A DNA stretch of 64,000 nt from the human T2T-CHM13v2.0 reference genome, Homo sapiens. Positions 26,290 to 39,619 of the stretch are shown here, one piece after another. Under the pieces are notes generated by a model. It worked only from the letters and a program-made list of their open reading frames with translations, did not search any database and was not told the origin of the DNA. Location: the NCBI RefSeq assembly GCF_009914755.1, contig NC_060935.1, one strand, 5' to 3'. The position numbers were made by a program, and so were the translations under genes. Position 1 is the first letter of the stretch. Every line of letters begins with the position of its first letter.

Positions 26290-27500
26290 TCTTCTCCCTT
26301 AGCCTGTGTTCTTAAAAACCTACAACCTCTTCAACTCACACCTGACCTAAAACCTAAATGCCTTATTTTCTTCTACAATGCCACTGGACCCAAATACAAA
26401 CTCGACAGTGGTTCCAAATAGCCAGAAAACAGCACTTTCATTTTTTCCATCCTACAAGATCTAAATAATTCTTGTCGTAAAATACGCAAATAGTCTGAGG
26501 TGCCTGACGTCCAGGCATTCTTTTACACATCAGTCCCTCCATAGTCTCTGTTCCCAATACAACTCGTCCCAAATCTTCCTTCTTTCCCTCCCGCCTGTCC
26601 CCTCAGTCCCAACCTCAAGTGTTGCTGAGTCTTTCTAATCTTCCTTTTCTACAGACGCATCTGACCTCTCCCTCCATCGCCAGGCCAAACTAGGTCCCAA
26701 TTCTTCCTCAGCCTCCAATCCTCCACCCTATAATCCTTTTATCACCTCCCCTCCTCACACCCAGTCCAGCTTACAGTTTCATTCCATGACTAGCCATCCC
26801 CCACCAGCCCAGCAATTTCCTCCTAAAAAAGTGGCTAGAGATAAAGGCATAGTCAAGATTAATGCTTCTTTTTCTTTATCCCACATCAGAGAGCATTTAG
26901 GTTCTTTTTCATCAAATATAAAAACCCAGCCCAGTTCATGGCTCATTTGGCAGCAACCCTGAGACGCTTTACAGCCCTAGACCCTAAAAGGTCAAAAGGC
27001 CGTCTTATTCTCAATATACACTTTATTACCCAATTTGCTCCCAACATTAAATAAAACTCCAAAAATTAAATTCCAGCCCTCAAACCCCAAAACAGGACTT
27101 AATTAACCTCACCTTCAAGGTGTACAATAATACAGTGAAGGCAGCCAATTGCAACGTATTTCTGAGTTGCAATTCTTTGCCTCCACTGTCAGACAAACCC
27201 CAGCCACATCTCCAGTACACAAGAACTTCCAAACGCCTGAACCACAGCAGCCAGGCATTCCTCCAGAACCTCCTCCCCCAGGAGCTTGCTACAAGTGCCA
27301 AAAATCTGGCCACCAGGCCAAGGAATGCCCGCAGCCTGGGATTCCTCCTAAGCCATTTCCCATCTGTGTGGGACCCCACTGAAAATCGGACTGTTCAACT
27401 CACCTGGCAGCCACTCCCAGAGCCCGTGGAACGCTGGTGCAAGGCTCTTTGACTGACTCCTTCCCAGATCTTCTCAGCTTAACGGCTGAAGACTGATGCT
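26290..27500 (+). pseudogene. gag: HERV-H gag remnant including NC zinc knuckle
   Basis: ORF 27149-27382 has an intact CCHC knuckle (CYKCQKSGHQAKEC). The second knuckle is broken (FPICVGPH*). The upstream frame is disrupted and boundaries are approximate. Confidence 0.85.
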
Positions 27501-27529
27501 GCCGAATTGCCTCAGAAGCCCCTAGACCA

Positions 27530-30490
27530 TCACGGACGCTGAGCTTCAAGTAACTCTCACAGTGGAAGGTAAGTCCATCCCCTTCTTAATCGGAGGCTAC
27601 CCACTCCACATTACCTTCTTTTCAAGGACCTGTTTCCCTTGCCTCCATAACTGTTGTGGGTATTGACGGCCAGGCTTCTAAACCTCTTAAAACTCCCCAA
27701 CTCTGGTGCCAACTTAGACAATACTCTATTAAGCACTCCTTTTTAGTTATCCCCACCTGCCCAGTTCCCTTATTAGGCCGAGACACAGTAACTAAATTAT
27801 CTGCTTCCGTGACTATTCCTGGGCCACAGCCACACCTCATTGCTGCCTTTTCCCCCAGTTCAAAGCCTCCTTCACATCCTCCCCTTTGTCTCTCCACCTT
27901 AACCCACAAGTATAAGACACCTCTACTCCCTCCTTAGTGACTGATCATGCACCCCTTACCATCCCTTTGAAACCTAATCACTCTTACCCCGCTCAATGCC
28001 AATATCCCATCCCACAGCACACTTTAAAAGGATTAAAGCCTATTATCACTTGCCTGCTACAGCATGGCCTTTTAAAGCCTATAAACTCTCCTTACAATTC
28101 CCCCATTTTACCTGTCCTAGAACCAGACAAGCGTTACAGGTTAGTTCAGGATCTGAGCCTTATCCACCAAATTGTTTTGCCTATCCACCCCGTGGTGCCA
28201 AAATACTCTCCTATCCTCAATACCTCCCTCCACAACCCATTATTCTGTTCTAGATCTCAAACATGCTTTCTTTACTATTCCTTTGCACCCTTCATCCCAG
28301 CCTCTCTTCGCTTTCACTTGCACTGACCCTGACACCCATCAGGCTCAGCAAATTACCTAGGCTTTACTGCCACAAAGCTTCACAGACAGCCCCCATTACT
28401 TCAGTCAAGCCCAAATTTCTTCCTCATCTGTTACCTATCTCAGCGTAATTCTCATAAAAACACACATGCTCTCCCTTGATCATGTCCAGCTGATCTCTCA
28501 AACCCCCAACACCTTCTACAAAACAACAACTTCTTTCCTTCCTAGGCATGGTTAGATACTTTCGACTTTAGATACCTGGTTTTGCCATCCTAACAAAACC
28601 ATTATATAAACTCAGAAAAAGAAACCTAGCTGACCCCATAGATCCTAAATCCTTTCCCCACTCCTCTTTCCGTTCCTTAAAGACAGCTTTAAAGACTGCC
28701 CCCACCCTTCCTCTCCCTGACTCATCCCAACCCTTTTCATTACCCACAGCCGAAGTGCAGGGCTGTGCAGTCAGAATTCTTACACAAGGACCAGGATCAC
28801 GTCCTGTAGCCTTTTTGTCCAAACAACTTTACCTTACTGTTTTAGGCTGGCCATCATGTCTCCGTGCAGTGGCTGCTGCCGCCCTAATACTTTAGAGGCT
28901 CTTAAAATCACAAGCTATGCTCAACTCACTCTCTACAGTTCTCATAACTTCCAAAATCTGTTTTCTTCCTCACACCTGACACATATACTTTCTGCAACCT
29001 GGCTCCTTCAGCTGTATTCACTCTTTGTTAAGTCTCCCACAATTACCATTGTTCCTGGCACAGACTTCAGTCCGGCCTCCCACATTATTCTGGATACCAC
29101 ACCTGACCCTCACGACTGTATCTCTCTGATCCACCTGACATTCACCCCATTTCCACATATTTCCTTCTTTTCTGTTCCTCACCTTGATCACATTTAGTTT
29201 ATTGATGGCAGTTTCACCAGGCCTAATCGCCACTCACCAGCAAAGGCAGGCTATGCTATAGTATCTTCCACATCTATCATTGAGGCTACCACTCTGCCCC
29301 CCTCCACTATCTCTCAGCAAGCTGAATTAGTTGCCCTAACTGAAGCCCTCACTCTTGCAAAAAGATTACGTGTCAATATTTATACTGACTCTAAATATGC
29401 CTTTCATATTCTGCACAACCATGCCGTTATATAGGCTGAAAGAAGTTTCCTCACTATACAAGGGTCCTCCATCATTAATGCCTCTTTAATAAAAACCCTG
29501 CTCAAGGCCGCTTTACTTCCAAAGGAAGCTGGAGTCATTCACTGCAAAGGCCATCAAAAGGCATCAGATCCCATTGCTCTAGGCAATGCTTATGCTGATA
29601 AGGTGGCTAGACAAGCAGCTAGCCTTCCAACTTCTGTCCCTCACGGCCAGTTTTTCTCCTTCACATCAGTCACTCCCACCTACTCCCCCGCTGAAACTTC
29701 CACCTATCAATCTCTTCCCACACAAGGCAAATAGTTCTTAGACCAAGGAAAATACCTCCTTCCAGCCTCACAGGCCCATTCTATTCTGTCGTCATTTCAT
29801 AACCTCTTCCATGTAGGTTAGGAGCCACTAGCCCATCTCTTAGTACTTCTCATTTCCTTTCCATCCTGGAAATCTGTCCTCAAGGAAATCACTTCTCAGC
29901 GTTCCATTTGCTATTCTACTACCCCTTAGGGATTGTTCAGGCCTCCTCCCTTTCCTACACATCAAGCTCGAGGATTTGCCCCTGCCCAGGACTGGCGAAT
30001 TGACTTTACTCGCATGCCCCGAGTCAGAAAACTAAAATACCTCTTAGTCTAAGTAGACACTTTCATTGGATAAGTAGAGGCCTTTCCTACAGGGTCTAAG
30101 AAGCCCACCGCAGTCATTTCTTCCCTTCTGTCAGACAATTCCTCGGTTTGGCTTTTCCACCTCTATACAGTCCGATAGCAGACCGGCCTTTATTAGTCAA
30201 ATCAGCCAAGCATTTTTTCAGGCTCTTGGTATTCAGTGAAACCTTTATATCCCTTATGGTCCTCAGTCTTCAGGAAAGGTAGAACGGACTAATAGTCTTT
30301 TAAAAACACACATCACCAAGCTCAGCCACCAACTTAAAAAGGCCTGGACAATACTTTTACCAGTTTCCCTTCTCAGAATTCAGGCCTATCCTTAGAATGC
30401 TACAGGGTACAGCCCATTTAAGCTCCTGTATAGACGCTCCTTTTTATTAAGCCCCAGTCTCATTCCAGACACCAGACCAACTTGGGCTGT
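27530..30490 (+). pseudogene. pol: HERV-H pro-pol remnant (PR, RT, RNase H, IN)
   Basis: Protease CPVPLLGRD; RT SPYNSPILPV..YRLVQDL and LDLKHAFF; RNase H FIDGS (~29198), YTDSKY (~29381) and HCKGHQ; integrase W.IDFT (~29993). Many stops and frameshifts, and no YxDD segment seen. Confidence 0.92.
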
Positions 30491-31059
30491 GCCCCAAAAA
30501 ACTTGTCATCTCTACTATCTTCTGTCTAGTCATACTCCCATTCACCATTCTCAACTACTCATACATGCCCTGCTCTTGTTTACACTGCTGGTTTACACTG
30601 TTTCTCCAAGCCATCGCAGCTGATATCTCCTGATGCTATCCCCAAACTGCCACTCTTAACTCTTGAAGTAAATAAATAATCTTTGCTGGCAGGACTATGC
30701 TGAATCTCCTTAGGCACTCTCTAATTAGATGTCCTGGGTCCTCCCAATTCTTAGACCTTTAATACCTGTTTTTCTCCTTCTCCTATTCCATTTAGTTTTT
30801 CAATTCATACAAAACCGTATCCAGGCCATCACCAATAATTCTAAATGACAAATGTTTCTTCTAACAGTCCCACAATATCACCCCTTACCACAAAACCTTC
30901 CTTCAGCTTAATCTCTCCCACTCTAGATTCCCACGCCACCCCTAATCCCGCTCGAAGCAGCCCTGAGAAACATCGCCCATTATGTCTCCATACCACCCCC
31001 AAAAATTTTCACCGTCCCAACACTTTACCACTATTTCATTTTATTTTTCTTATTAATAT

Positions 31060-31072
31060 AAGAAGACAGGAA
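31060..31072 (+). promoter_or_regulatory. Polypurine tract
   Basis: aagaagacaggaa immediately precedes the 3' LTR. Confidence 0.8.
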
Positions 31073-31485
31073 TTTCAGGCCTCTGAGCCCAAGCTAAGCC
31101 ATTATATCCCCTGTGACCTGCATGTACACATCCAGATGGCAGGTTCCTGCCTTAACTGATGACATACCACCACAAAAGAAATGAAAATGGCCTGTTCCTG
31201 CCTTAACTGATGACATTATCTTGTGAAATTCCTTCTCCTGGCTCATCCTGGCTCAAAAGCTCCCCTACTGAACACCTTGTGACCCCCACTCCTGCCAGCC
31301 AGAGAACAACCCCCTTTGATGGTAATTTTCTTTTGCCTACCCAAATCCTATAAAATTGCCCCACCCCTATCTCCCTTTGCTGACTCTCTTTTCAGACTCA
31401 GCCCGCCTACACCCAGGTGAAATAAACAGCCTTGTTGCTCACCCAAAGCCTTTTTGGTGGTCTCTTCACACAGACATGCATGAAA
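31073..31485 (+). promoter_or_regulatory. HERV-H 3' LTR7 (413 bp)
   Basis: Has the duplicated ttcctgccttaactgatgacat unit, TATA ~31349 and AATAAA ~31421, and ends catgaaa. Confidence 0.96.
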
Positions 31486-31493
31486 CATACTAC

Positions 31494-32109
31494 TGTAAAC
31501 CAAAAATAAATCTAAGGCCCCTCAACTATCTGAATGGACTTTCTCCTGAGCCAGGGCTCTTTTAAAATTTAATCTGAGAGACTGTTTCAGACCTTGAAGG
31601 GAAGTGAGGGTTGAACTCATTATACCTCTCCACTATTAACATGAACATACACTTTAAGTCTGATAAAAAACATTTTACAACCTATTCTTTCTGAAGCCTG
31701 GTAGCTAAAAGCTTAATCTGCATGATAAAACTGTGGTCTCTACAACTGATTATCCCTTCAACCAGACTTGTACTTTCCCTGTGATCCCAGGCCTTTAAAC
31801 AAACTCAACCAATTGTCAACCACAAAATGTTTAGATTTACCTATAGCCTGGAAGCTATCCCCGCCCTCCCAATCCCACCCTTTCTTGGAGTTGTCCCTCC
31901 ATTCTGGACCAAGCCAATGTATTTCTTAAATGTATTTGATTGATGTCTCATGTCTCCCTAAAATGTATAAAACCAAGCTGGACCCCAACCACCTTGGGCA
32001 CATGTTCTCAGGACCTCCTGACAGCTGTGTCACAGGCCATGGTTACTCATATTTGGCTCAAAATAAATCTCTTCAAATGTTTTGCAGAGTTTGAGTCTTT
32101 TAATTGACA
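31494..32109 (+). mobile_element. MER4-group (MER4B/D/E-like) ERV1 solo LTR
   Basis: tgtaaaccaaaaataaatctaaggcccc...tataaaaccaagctg..accaccttgggcacatgttctcaggacctcctg...aataaatctcttcaaa..ttgaca. Confidence 0.88.
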
Positions 32110-32271
32110 GTACTACCCTTGTGACAAGCAATGGCATGGTTCAGCTCCATCCAAGCCATATGGAAACAAAGGCTGTTTTGCCACAGTAAAAGAAAAAGAT
32201 GTTGGATAGGAAAAAGGAGCATATCTACAACATGTCTCCTTTTTCTTGCTAACTTCTTGCAATTATACTGA

Positions 32272-32617
<346 letters not shown>

Positions 32618-32747
32618 AACTTTTATCTATTTTTTAAAAACATTTTTGTCTGCATTTGGCCAAACTGAACTGATAATATTGTTAAATATAGAGTTATATT
32701 TCTGAATTCATTAATTTTAATTTTCCACAAAATTCCTTTTTTGATAA

Positions 32748-33083
32748 TATAAATCACTCTATTACAAAGATACATGCACACGTATGTTCATGCAGCACAT
32801 TTTACAATAGCAAAGACATGGAATCAATCCAAATGCCCATCAATGATAGACTGGATAAAGAAAATGTGGTGCATATACACCATGGAATTCTATGCAGCCA
32901 TAAAAAGGAATGAGATGATGTCCTTTGATGGGACATGGATGAGGGGAACAACACATATCGGGGCCTGTCAGGGGGTGAGCTGAAGGGAGGGAGAGCATTA
33001 GGAAAAATAGCTAATGCATGCTGGGCTTAATACTTAGGTGATGGGTTGATGGGTGCAGCAAACCGTCATGGCACACATTTACC
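32748..33083 (+). mobile_element. L1PA (mid-age, ~PA8-11) 3' fragment, internally deleted, no tail
   Basis: ORF2 C-terminus (TIAKTWNQSKCPSMIDWIKKMW) followed by 3'UTR agcattaggaaaaatagctaatgcatgctgggcttaa. Confidence 0.85.
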
Positions 33084-33475
33084 AAACATGGTACATATAC
33101 ACCGTGGAATACTATGTAGCCATAGAAAACATGAGATCATGTCTTTTGCAGCAATATAGATGGAGCTAGAGGACATAATCCTAAGCACACTGAAACAGGA
33201 ACAGACAATCAGGTACCACATATTATCACTTATATGTGGTAGCTAAACATTGAGTACATGTGCACACAAAGAAGGGACCAACAGACACTGGGGCCTAGTT
33301 GACAGCGGAAAGTGGAAGCAGCGAGAGAATTAAAAAAAAAAAAAAAGTGCCTAATGGGTACTATGCTTATTACCTGTGTGACAAAATAATCTGTACATCA
33401 AACATCAAATCATGCAATTTGCCTTTATAACAAACCTGCACATGTACCCTTGACCCTAAAATAAAAGTTAAAAAG
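33084..33475 (+). mobile_element. L1PA15/16-like 3' end
   Basis: gctaaacattgagtac..cacaaagaaggg..aacagacactggggcct..gggtactatgcttattacctg..aacctgcacatgtaccc..taaaataaaagttaaaaa. Confidence 0.85.
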
Positions 33476-34647
33476 TATCTTTTGGGGAAAGGAAGACATT
33501 AGAGAAAAGAGCAGTTCATAAAGACATGCAGTAAAGATAACAAAGTTTGGTATACACATACACATACTTGCACCTGCTGAATATTAGAGTCTTTTTATTT
33601 TGTCTATTATAGTTTGCAGAGGAGAACCCTCAAACATATTTTTACATTTAGATATTCCAATAAATGTAAAAATTGTACAGACAGACTATCCTCATCTTAC
33701 TTTTTTTTTTTTTTGAGGAAAAAATATTTGGGAATTAGAATGGTAAGTGCTTTTCTGAAGTTTGTATAGTTAGTAAGTCATGGAGACTATACACAAACTC
33801 AGCCTTGAGATTCAACCTCCACATTGCTGTCCATGGCACCAAGTTCACAAATTGAACAGGAAGAAAGTTTATGCAATCTAGAAGAGAACATTTTCTTAGA
33901 CACAAATGATATAAAAGAAGGCTTGTTCTTCTCCTAAACTGTGAAGAGACATTGATATTATATTGAAAACTTGTACCTGGAGAAAATATCCACAGCTTCT
34001 TAGTTTATGCAGAATATAACAACTGATCTGATGTTATAAGTTCTACCACAGCAGAGCATACTACTCTCAAGTTATCACTTTTGGCTTCAGTTTCTAATTA
34101 ACAAAAGTTAATTAGTTCTAGTAAGAAAAAAACTGGGGTAATTAATTACAAGATTAGTGTCCAGGAAAGGGAGGTTACACATGGTCTATTTTAATTTCTA
34201 CTGAAGTCGATCAAAATGATCAACTCTGGGTGTGTATGTATTTGTACATGTTATTGTCTATTGCAAGAAGGTAATTTGGGAAAGAATTAACTGAGTATTG
34301 TAACTGGGTGCAATATTGCCCTTTTTGTGTTCTCATCAATTCCCCCAGACTTCTCTCTTTTATTACTATTATTTTTTTTTTTGCTACTTCTCATCTTTAG
34401 TAAAATGGAGCATTTCAGATATTAGAAATAAAGAATTAAATACTTTTTTGGAAAGAGGAAGGTGTTTGGTGGCAACTATATCTGAATTCAAAGTTAGAGT
34501 CAATACTTCACTAGATGTGTCAATCTGAGCATGTTATTTAACTTCCCAGAAACCTGTTTCCTTATATGAGAACAATAGTTATTGTTGCATTCTAAAATAT
34601 ATGACCTTAATTGCTTCTAAAGTCTTTTTATAATATTCTTATTAGGA

Positions 34648-35668
34648 CTTTTTAAAACTATTATTTTAGGTTCAGTGGTAAATGTGCAAGTTTCTTATAT
34701 AGGTAACTTGCACGACACAGGGGTTTGATGTACAGATTATTTTATCACATAGGTAATAAGCAAATAAGCACGATACCCAATAGGCAGTTTTTTGATCCTC
34801 TCCCTCCTTCCACCTTTCACTGTCAAGTAGGCCTCAGTGTCTGTTGGTCCCTTCTTTGTGTCCATGTGTACTCATTGTTTAGCTACCACTTATAAGTGAG
34901 ACCATTTGGTATTTGGTTTCCTGTTCCTGTGTAGTGTGCATAGGATGGATTATGGCCTCCAGCTGCATCTATGTTGCTGCAAAGGACATGATCTCCTGCA
35001 TTTCTATGGCTGTGTAGTATTCCATGGTGTATACATACCACATTTTCTTTATTCAATCTACCATTGATGGGCATTTAGGTTGATTGAATGACTTTGCTGT
35101 TGTGAATAGTGCAATGATGAACATACGCATGCATGTGTCCTTATGGTAAAATAATTTGTATTCTTTTGGGTATATTCCCAATAATGGGATTGCTTGGTCA
35201 AATGGTAAATCTGTTTTGGGGTCTTTCAGAAATCCCCAAACTCCTTTCTACAATGGCTGAACTAATTTACATTCCAACCAACAGTACATAAGCATTCCCT
35301 TTTCTCCACAACCTTGCTGGCATCAGGTATTTTTTGACTTTGTAGTAATAGCCATTCTGACTGGTGTGAGATGGTAGTTCACTGTGGTTTTGATTTGCAT
35401 TTCTCTAATGATTAATGATGTTGAACATGTTTTCATATGCTTGCTGGCATGTGTATGCCTTCTTTTGAAGTGTCTGTTCATGTCCTTTGCCCATGTTTTA
35501 ATGGGGTTGTTTTTTGCTTATTAATTTGTTTGAGTTTCTTATAGATGCTGGATATTAGATCTTAGTTGGATGCATAGTTTGCAAACATGTTCTCTCATTC
35601 TGTAAGTGGTCTGTTTATTCTGTTGATAGCTTCTTTTGCTGTGAAGAAGCTTTTTAATTTAATGGGAC
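34648..35668 (-). mobile_element. L1PA15/16-like 5'-truncated element
   Basis: Antisense 3'UTR (ttttaggttcag..atgtgca..tgtacagattattt) continues into the ORF2 3' region. Confidence 0.9.
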
Positions 35669-36987
35669 CTAAAAGGATTTGCCTTACTTTTCTTTCAGTG
35701 AATCGGTGAACGTTCTCCTCCCTGGAGTTCTTCCCTCCTTCCTCCCCTTCTTCCTCAATCTCGCTCTCTCCCCCTTTCTTCTTTCCTTTCTACTTTCCCT
35801 CTTTTCTTCCTTATTTTCCCCTTTTTGTCTTATATACATAACTTTCCATATAATACTCTGAATATAAATAGCCTTAACAAGTTTAACAATCACTCAAACT
35901 ATGAAATTGTCACTTTGTCATCACCATCACTGTGAAACAGTAATTGTCATGTATGCACCATTTTATAAGTTAAACATGCTTTCTTGTGTCAGCTTATTTT
36001 ATTCTGACTTCGCCAATTTGAAAATATAGACAGACATCTTTCATCTCATATTATGATGCATTTATATGTTTTTATTTCTGTGGACTGAAAATACAAAGAG
36101 GAAATGTAATATTTTATGATATTGAGCTACAATAGAGCTTAGTGAGAAACAGAAAAAAAAAAAAAAAAGGAAACTAAGATTGTGCTTCTGATTTGGTCCA
36201 GAAAAAGTTCTAGGTACTTCATATGCAGATCAATATCAAAAAGTTCATTTTTTCAATTAGGTTATTGAGTCAGGGTTAGTAAGGTTTAGGAATTTGTCCC
36301 TGGGTCAAGGGCACAGTCTGAGGTAAAAGCAAGACTGTTGGTTTTCAAGGCCAACGTGCTTTCTGCTGTACTTAATTACTTAACTTCCTTCTGAGAAGGA
36401 AGTATATTTAAGCTTATGTTCTTAATATTCACAGGCAATTAATTGGACAATGTGGGACAGAGTTTTGACTCTTGTGACATTGAATTCTTCAACATTTAGA
36501 ATACCATAAGATAATTTATTAAGCTGCATCTTTGTTGCTCCAAAGTTAATTTAACTTTAAAAATTTTTCTGAGTTTTAAACAGAGAATGATTTTAGCCCC
36601 TGAGAAAATATGATTCAATAATAACAATTGAAATGGTAATAAAATATGTAATTTCAGCATCTTAGATTTGAAAGACATTAATGGGACTTTTTTATTGATC
36701 TGGGCCTTTTCTCAAAATTTGGGTGCTGTGAAAACATTCCTTAAATCAATTGAGCCATTTATTTCCTGGTGTTCTCAGCTTTCTCTTACACGTGATGATT
36801 CTGCTTCTCTTGAATAACTGCAGATTGCAAATCATTTTAATGTTTATTTCCCCAATTGACTTTCTTTTCAGATGCGAATAATTCATCTACACCTCTTTCT
36901 GTGAGTCTCAAGTGCCAAATCCTATTGTATGAAATGCTAATGTAATCTTGATGATTTTTGTGCAAGAAAAATGGGAGAACAAAGTAA

Positions 36988-37059
36988 ATATATATATACA
37001 CACACACCTACACACATATCACATATATATGTATGTGTACACACACACATCTACACATC

Positions 37060-37092
<33 letters not shown>
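36988..37092. repeat. Compound (TA)n/(CA)n microsatellite
   Basis: Directly visible. Confidence 0.9.
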
Positions 37093-37093
<1 letters not shown>

Positions 37094-37999
37094 CCTTAAT
37101 TGAATTTTATGTGGAGAAGAAAAAATAAATTGGTTGGAATAAAACATTTTTGCTGATTAAGTACCACCTATTAAAGTTCTGTGAGATGTTTGGTATTTAT
37201 GTTATGTTATGGGCCATAAATGTAAAAAAATGATGACTGTCATATTATAGAAAAATAGAGTATCTTTTCAAAATCCCACAATCAAAATTTTATATCATGA
37301 AATAAAATAGTTTGAGTTAGAAGACATAGCATAATAATATAATGTGGCTTGGTTTAATAAATTTTAAAAGATAATAAAAATGTTATTTTTTTCTCTTCAA
37401 ATGAGTCCCAATATTCTGGTGTTTCTGCAAACTTTGAAAGAAATTTGATTTGTAGACATAAACATTTTGGGAATACTAGAAGAATACTAGAATACAGGGA
37501 AGAATATAGAACAAAACATTTTTAAAATGATGTATTTCTGAATGGCTGTATATCATGACTTACAAAGATGGGAGAAGTTTATTCCCAAGAGCTAACATAT
37601 TCTTTCTTTACAACTAATAAAACAGAGGAACTTAGAGGCATTGGGTAACTGTACATCAGCAAGATCATTGAAGTAGCCTCTTTTGACCACTCTGTAGAAG
37701 AGATAAACACATAAACAGAAGCTAGAAATGTTAAATCTAATTAGAAACTAATTGGATAATCAAAATAAGGTTTTATTAGCTAGAATGAGCTTTCTAGGGA
37801 TTTAACCAAAACTTTGTCTATGGACCCCTGTACTCCAATTTTAAAGTTACACCTGTGGCTTAGTAATGATAACAAAGAAAAACATACCAAATTGGCAGTG
37901 GCTTTGAAGCTGGGACAAACTAAGAATGCATAGTCTAGGTATACAAAAAAGAGCTAACAGATATTTTGCACTGTGCTTCAGGCTTTTTATTGTCTCTCT

Positions 38000-38303
<304 letters not shown>

Positions 38304-38639
38304 TTTTATTGTCTCTCTTAAACTTCACAACAAAAAAATGGGTGACGTTACTCTTCATTTTTCATAAGGAAATTAAGCTTTAGATGTAGGACACAATCAT
38401 AAACAGTGAGACTAGGGTTCAAATGATAGACCTACGTTTCTCATAGCATACTTTAAAAATGTCTGACCTCAGCATTTTCTATACACTTAACATCAAACTA
38501 CAGTAAAAAGATAAGGGAAAGGTGAGATAATACATCAAACCTATTAAGCTGCAATAATTAAAAAATAACATCTTCCAAACATATTTAAGGTTATTCTCTG
38601 TATCTAAAATAATCTCCCTTTCAATAATCTATCTTTGAT

Positions 38640-38940
38640 ATCCCTACTTATTTTTCTGGACTTGGCTAAGTGGTCACCTCCTCTATGAAGTCCTCTCTGT
38701 CAGCCTTCCACATAGATTTGATCATTATTTTTCCCTTTTGTTTTCCATAATGATTTGAGCATTTGATATACTTTTCCATACCTTCTCTTTTTTAATTATT
38801 ATAATAACATATAATATTTATTTATAAAAGCTCTGTTTTATTCAAATAAATGTTAAGCTCCTTGAAAGTACAACGTCTATTTTTAATTTCCATGGACTAT
38901 ACAACATAATATGCATTCAGCAAATACTTGAATAAAAATG
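38640..38940 (+). mobile_element. L2 3' fragment
   Basis: gtcacctcctctatgaagtcct...taagctccttgaaagta...cattcagcaaatacttgaataaa. Confidence 0.55.
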
Positions 38941-39204
38941 TGAAAACACCTGAAGAACTAAAATAAATCATTTATGTGAATATTCAACATTTATCTATGT
39001 TGTTTGGATATCCAATATGTCTAAAGCTACTAGGAGGAATTACCTCTAGAGGAACATATTTCAAATAATTATATTAAATAAATATTAATATGCATGAGTT
39101 TAATTTCAACTCCTTGATAGTTCCCATCCATAAACTGCTGTCAAATCATATCAAATTGTCACTATCAATCAGTATTTTCTCCATGATTTTTTGAAAACGC
39201 CATC

Positions 39205-39619
39205 TGTGTTATGCCACTTTTATATTGCTATAAATAAATATCTGAGGCAAGATAATTTATAAAGAAAAGAGGTTTAATTGGCTCATGGTTCTGCAGGCTC
39301 TGCAAGCATGGCTCCAGCATCTGCTACCGGTAAGGGCTTCAAGAAGCTTACAATCATGGCAGAAGGCAAAGGGGGAAGCTGTTGTATCACATGGTAAAAG
39401 AAGGAGCAAGAGAGAAAAGGGAGAGGTGCCACACACTTTTAAATAATCATATCTTGCATGAATCGAGAGAGAACTCACTTATCACCAAAGGGACGGTGCT
39501 AAACCATTCATGAGAGATGCGCCTTGACGATCCAATCGCCTCCCAACAGCCTCCCTTCTAACATTGAGAAACACATTTGGACAAGAGATTTGGAGAGGAC
39601 ACACATCCAAACCATATTA
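39205..39619 (-). mobile_element. MSTB-type MaLR solo LTR
   Basis: aaagaaaagaggtttaattggctcatggttctgcaggct...gagatttggagaggacacacatccaaaccatatta; TSD-like ccatc / ccctc. Confidence 0.9.

Larger units (their letters stand above)
25024..31485 (+). mobile_element. HERV-H provirus (RTVL-H2-like deleted form)
   Basis: Two LTR7s, a His PBS, gag-pro-pol relics, an env deletion and a PPT. TSD catat (25019-25023) / catac (31486-31490). Confidence 0.97.

Noticed and set aside
27149-27382. Functional Gag/NC microprotein
   Set aside because: Non-ATG start, broken second zinc knuckle and a disrupted upstream frame. Nothing suggests selection.
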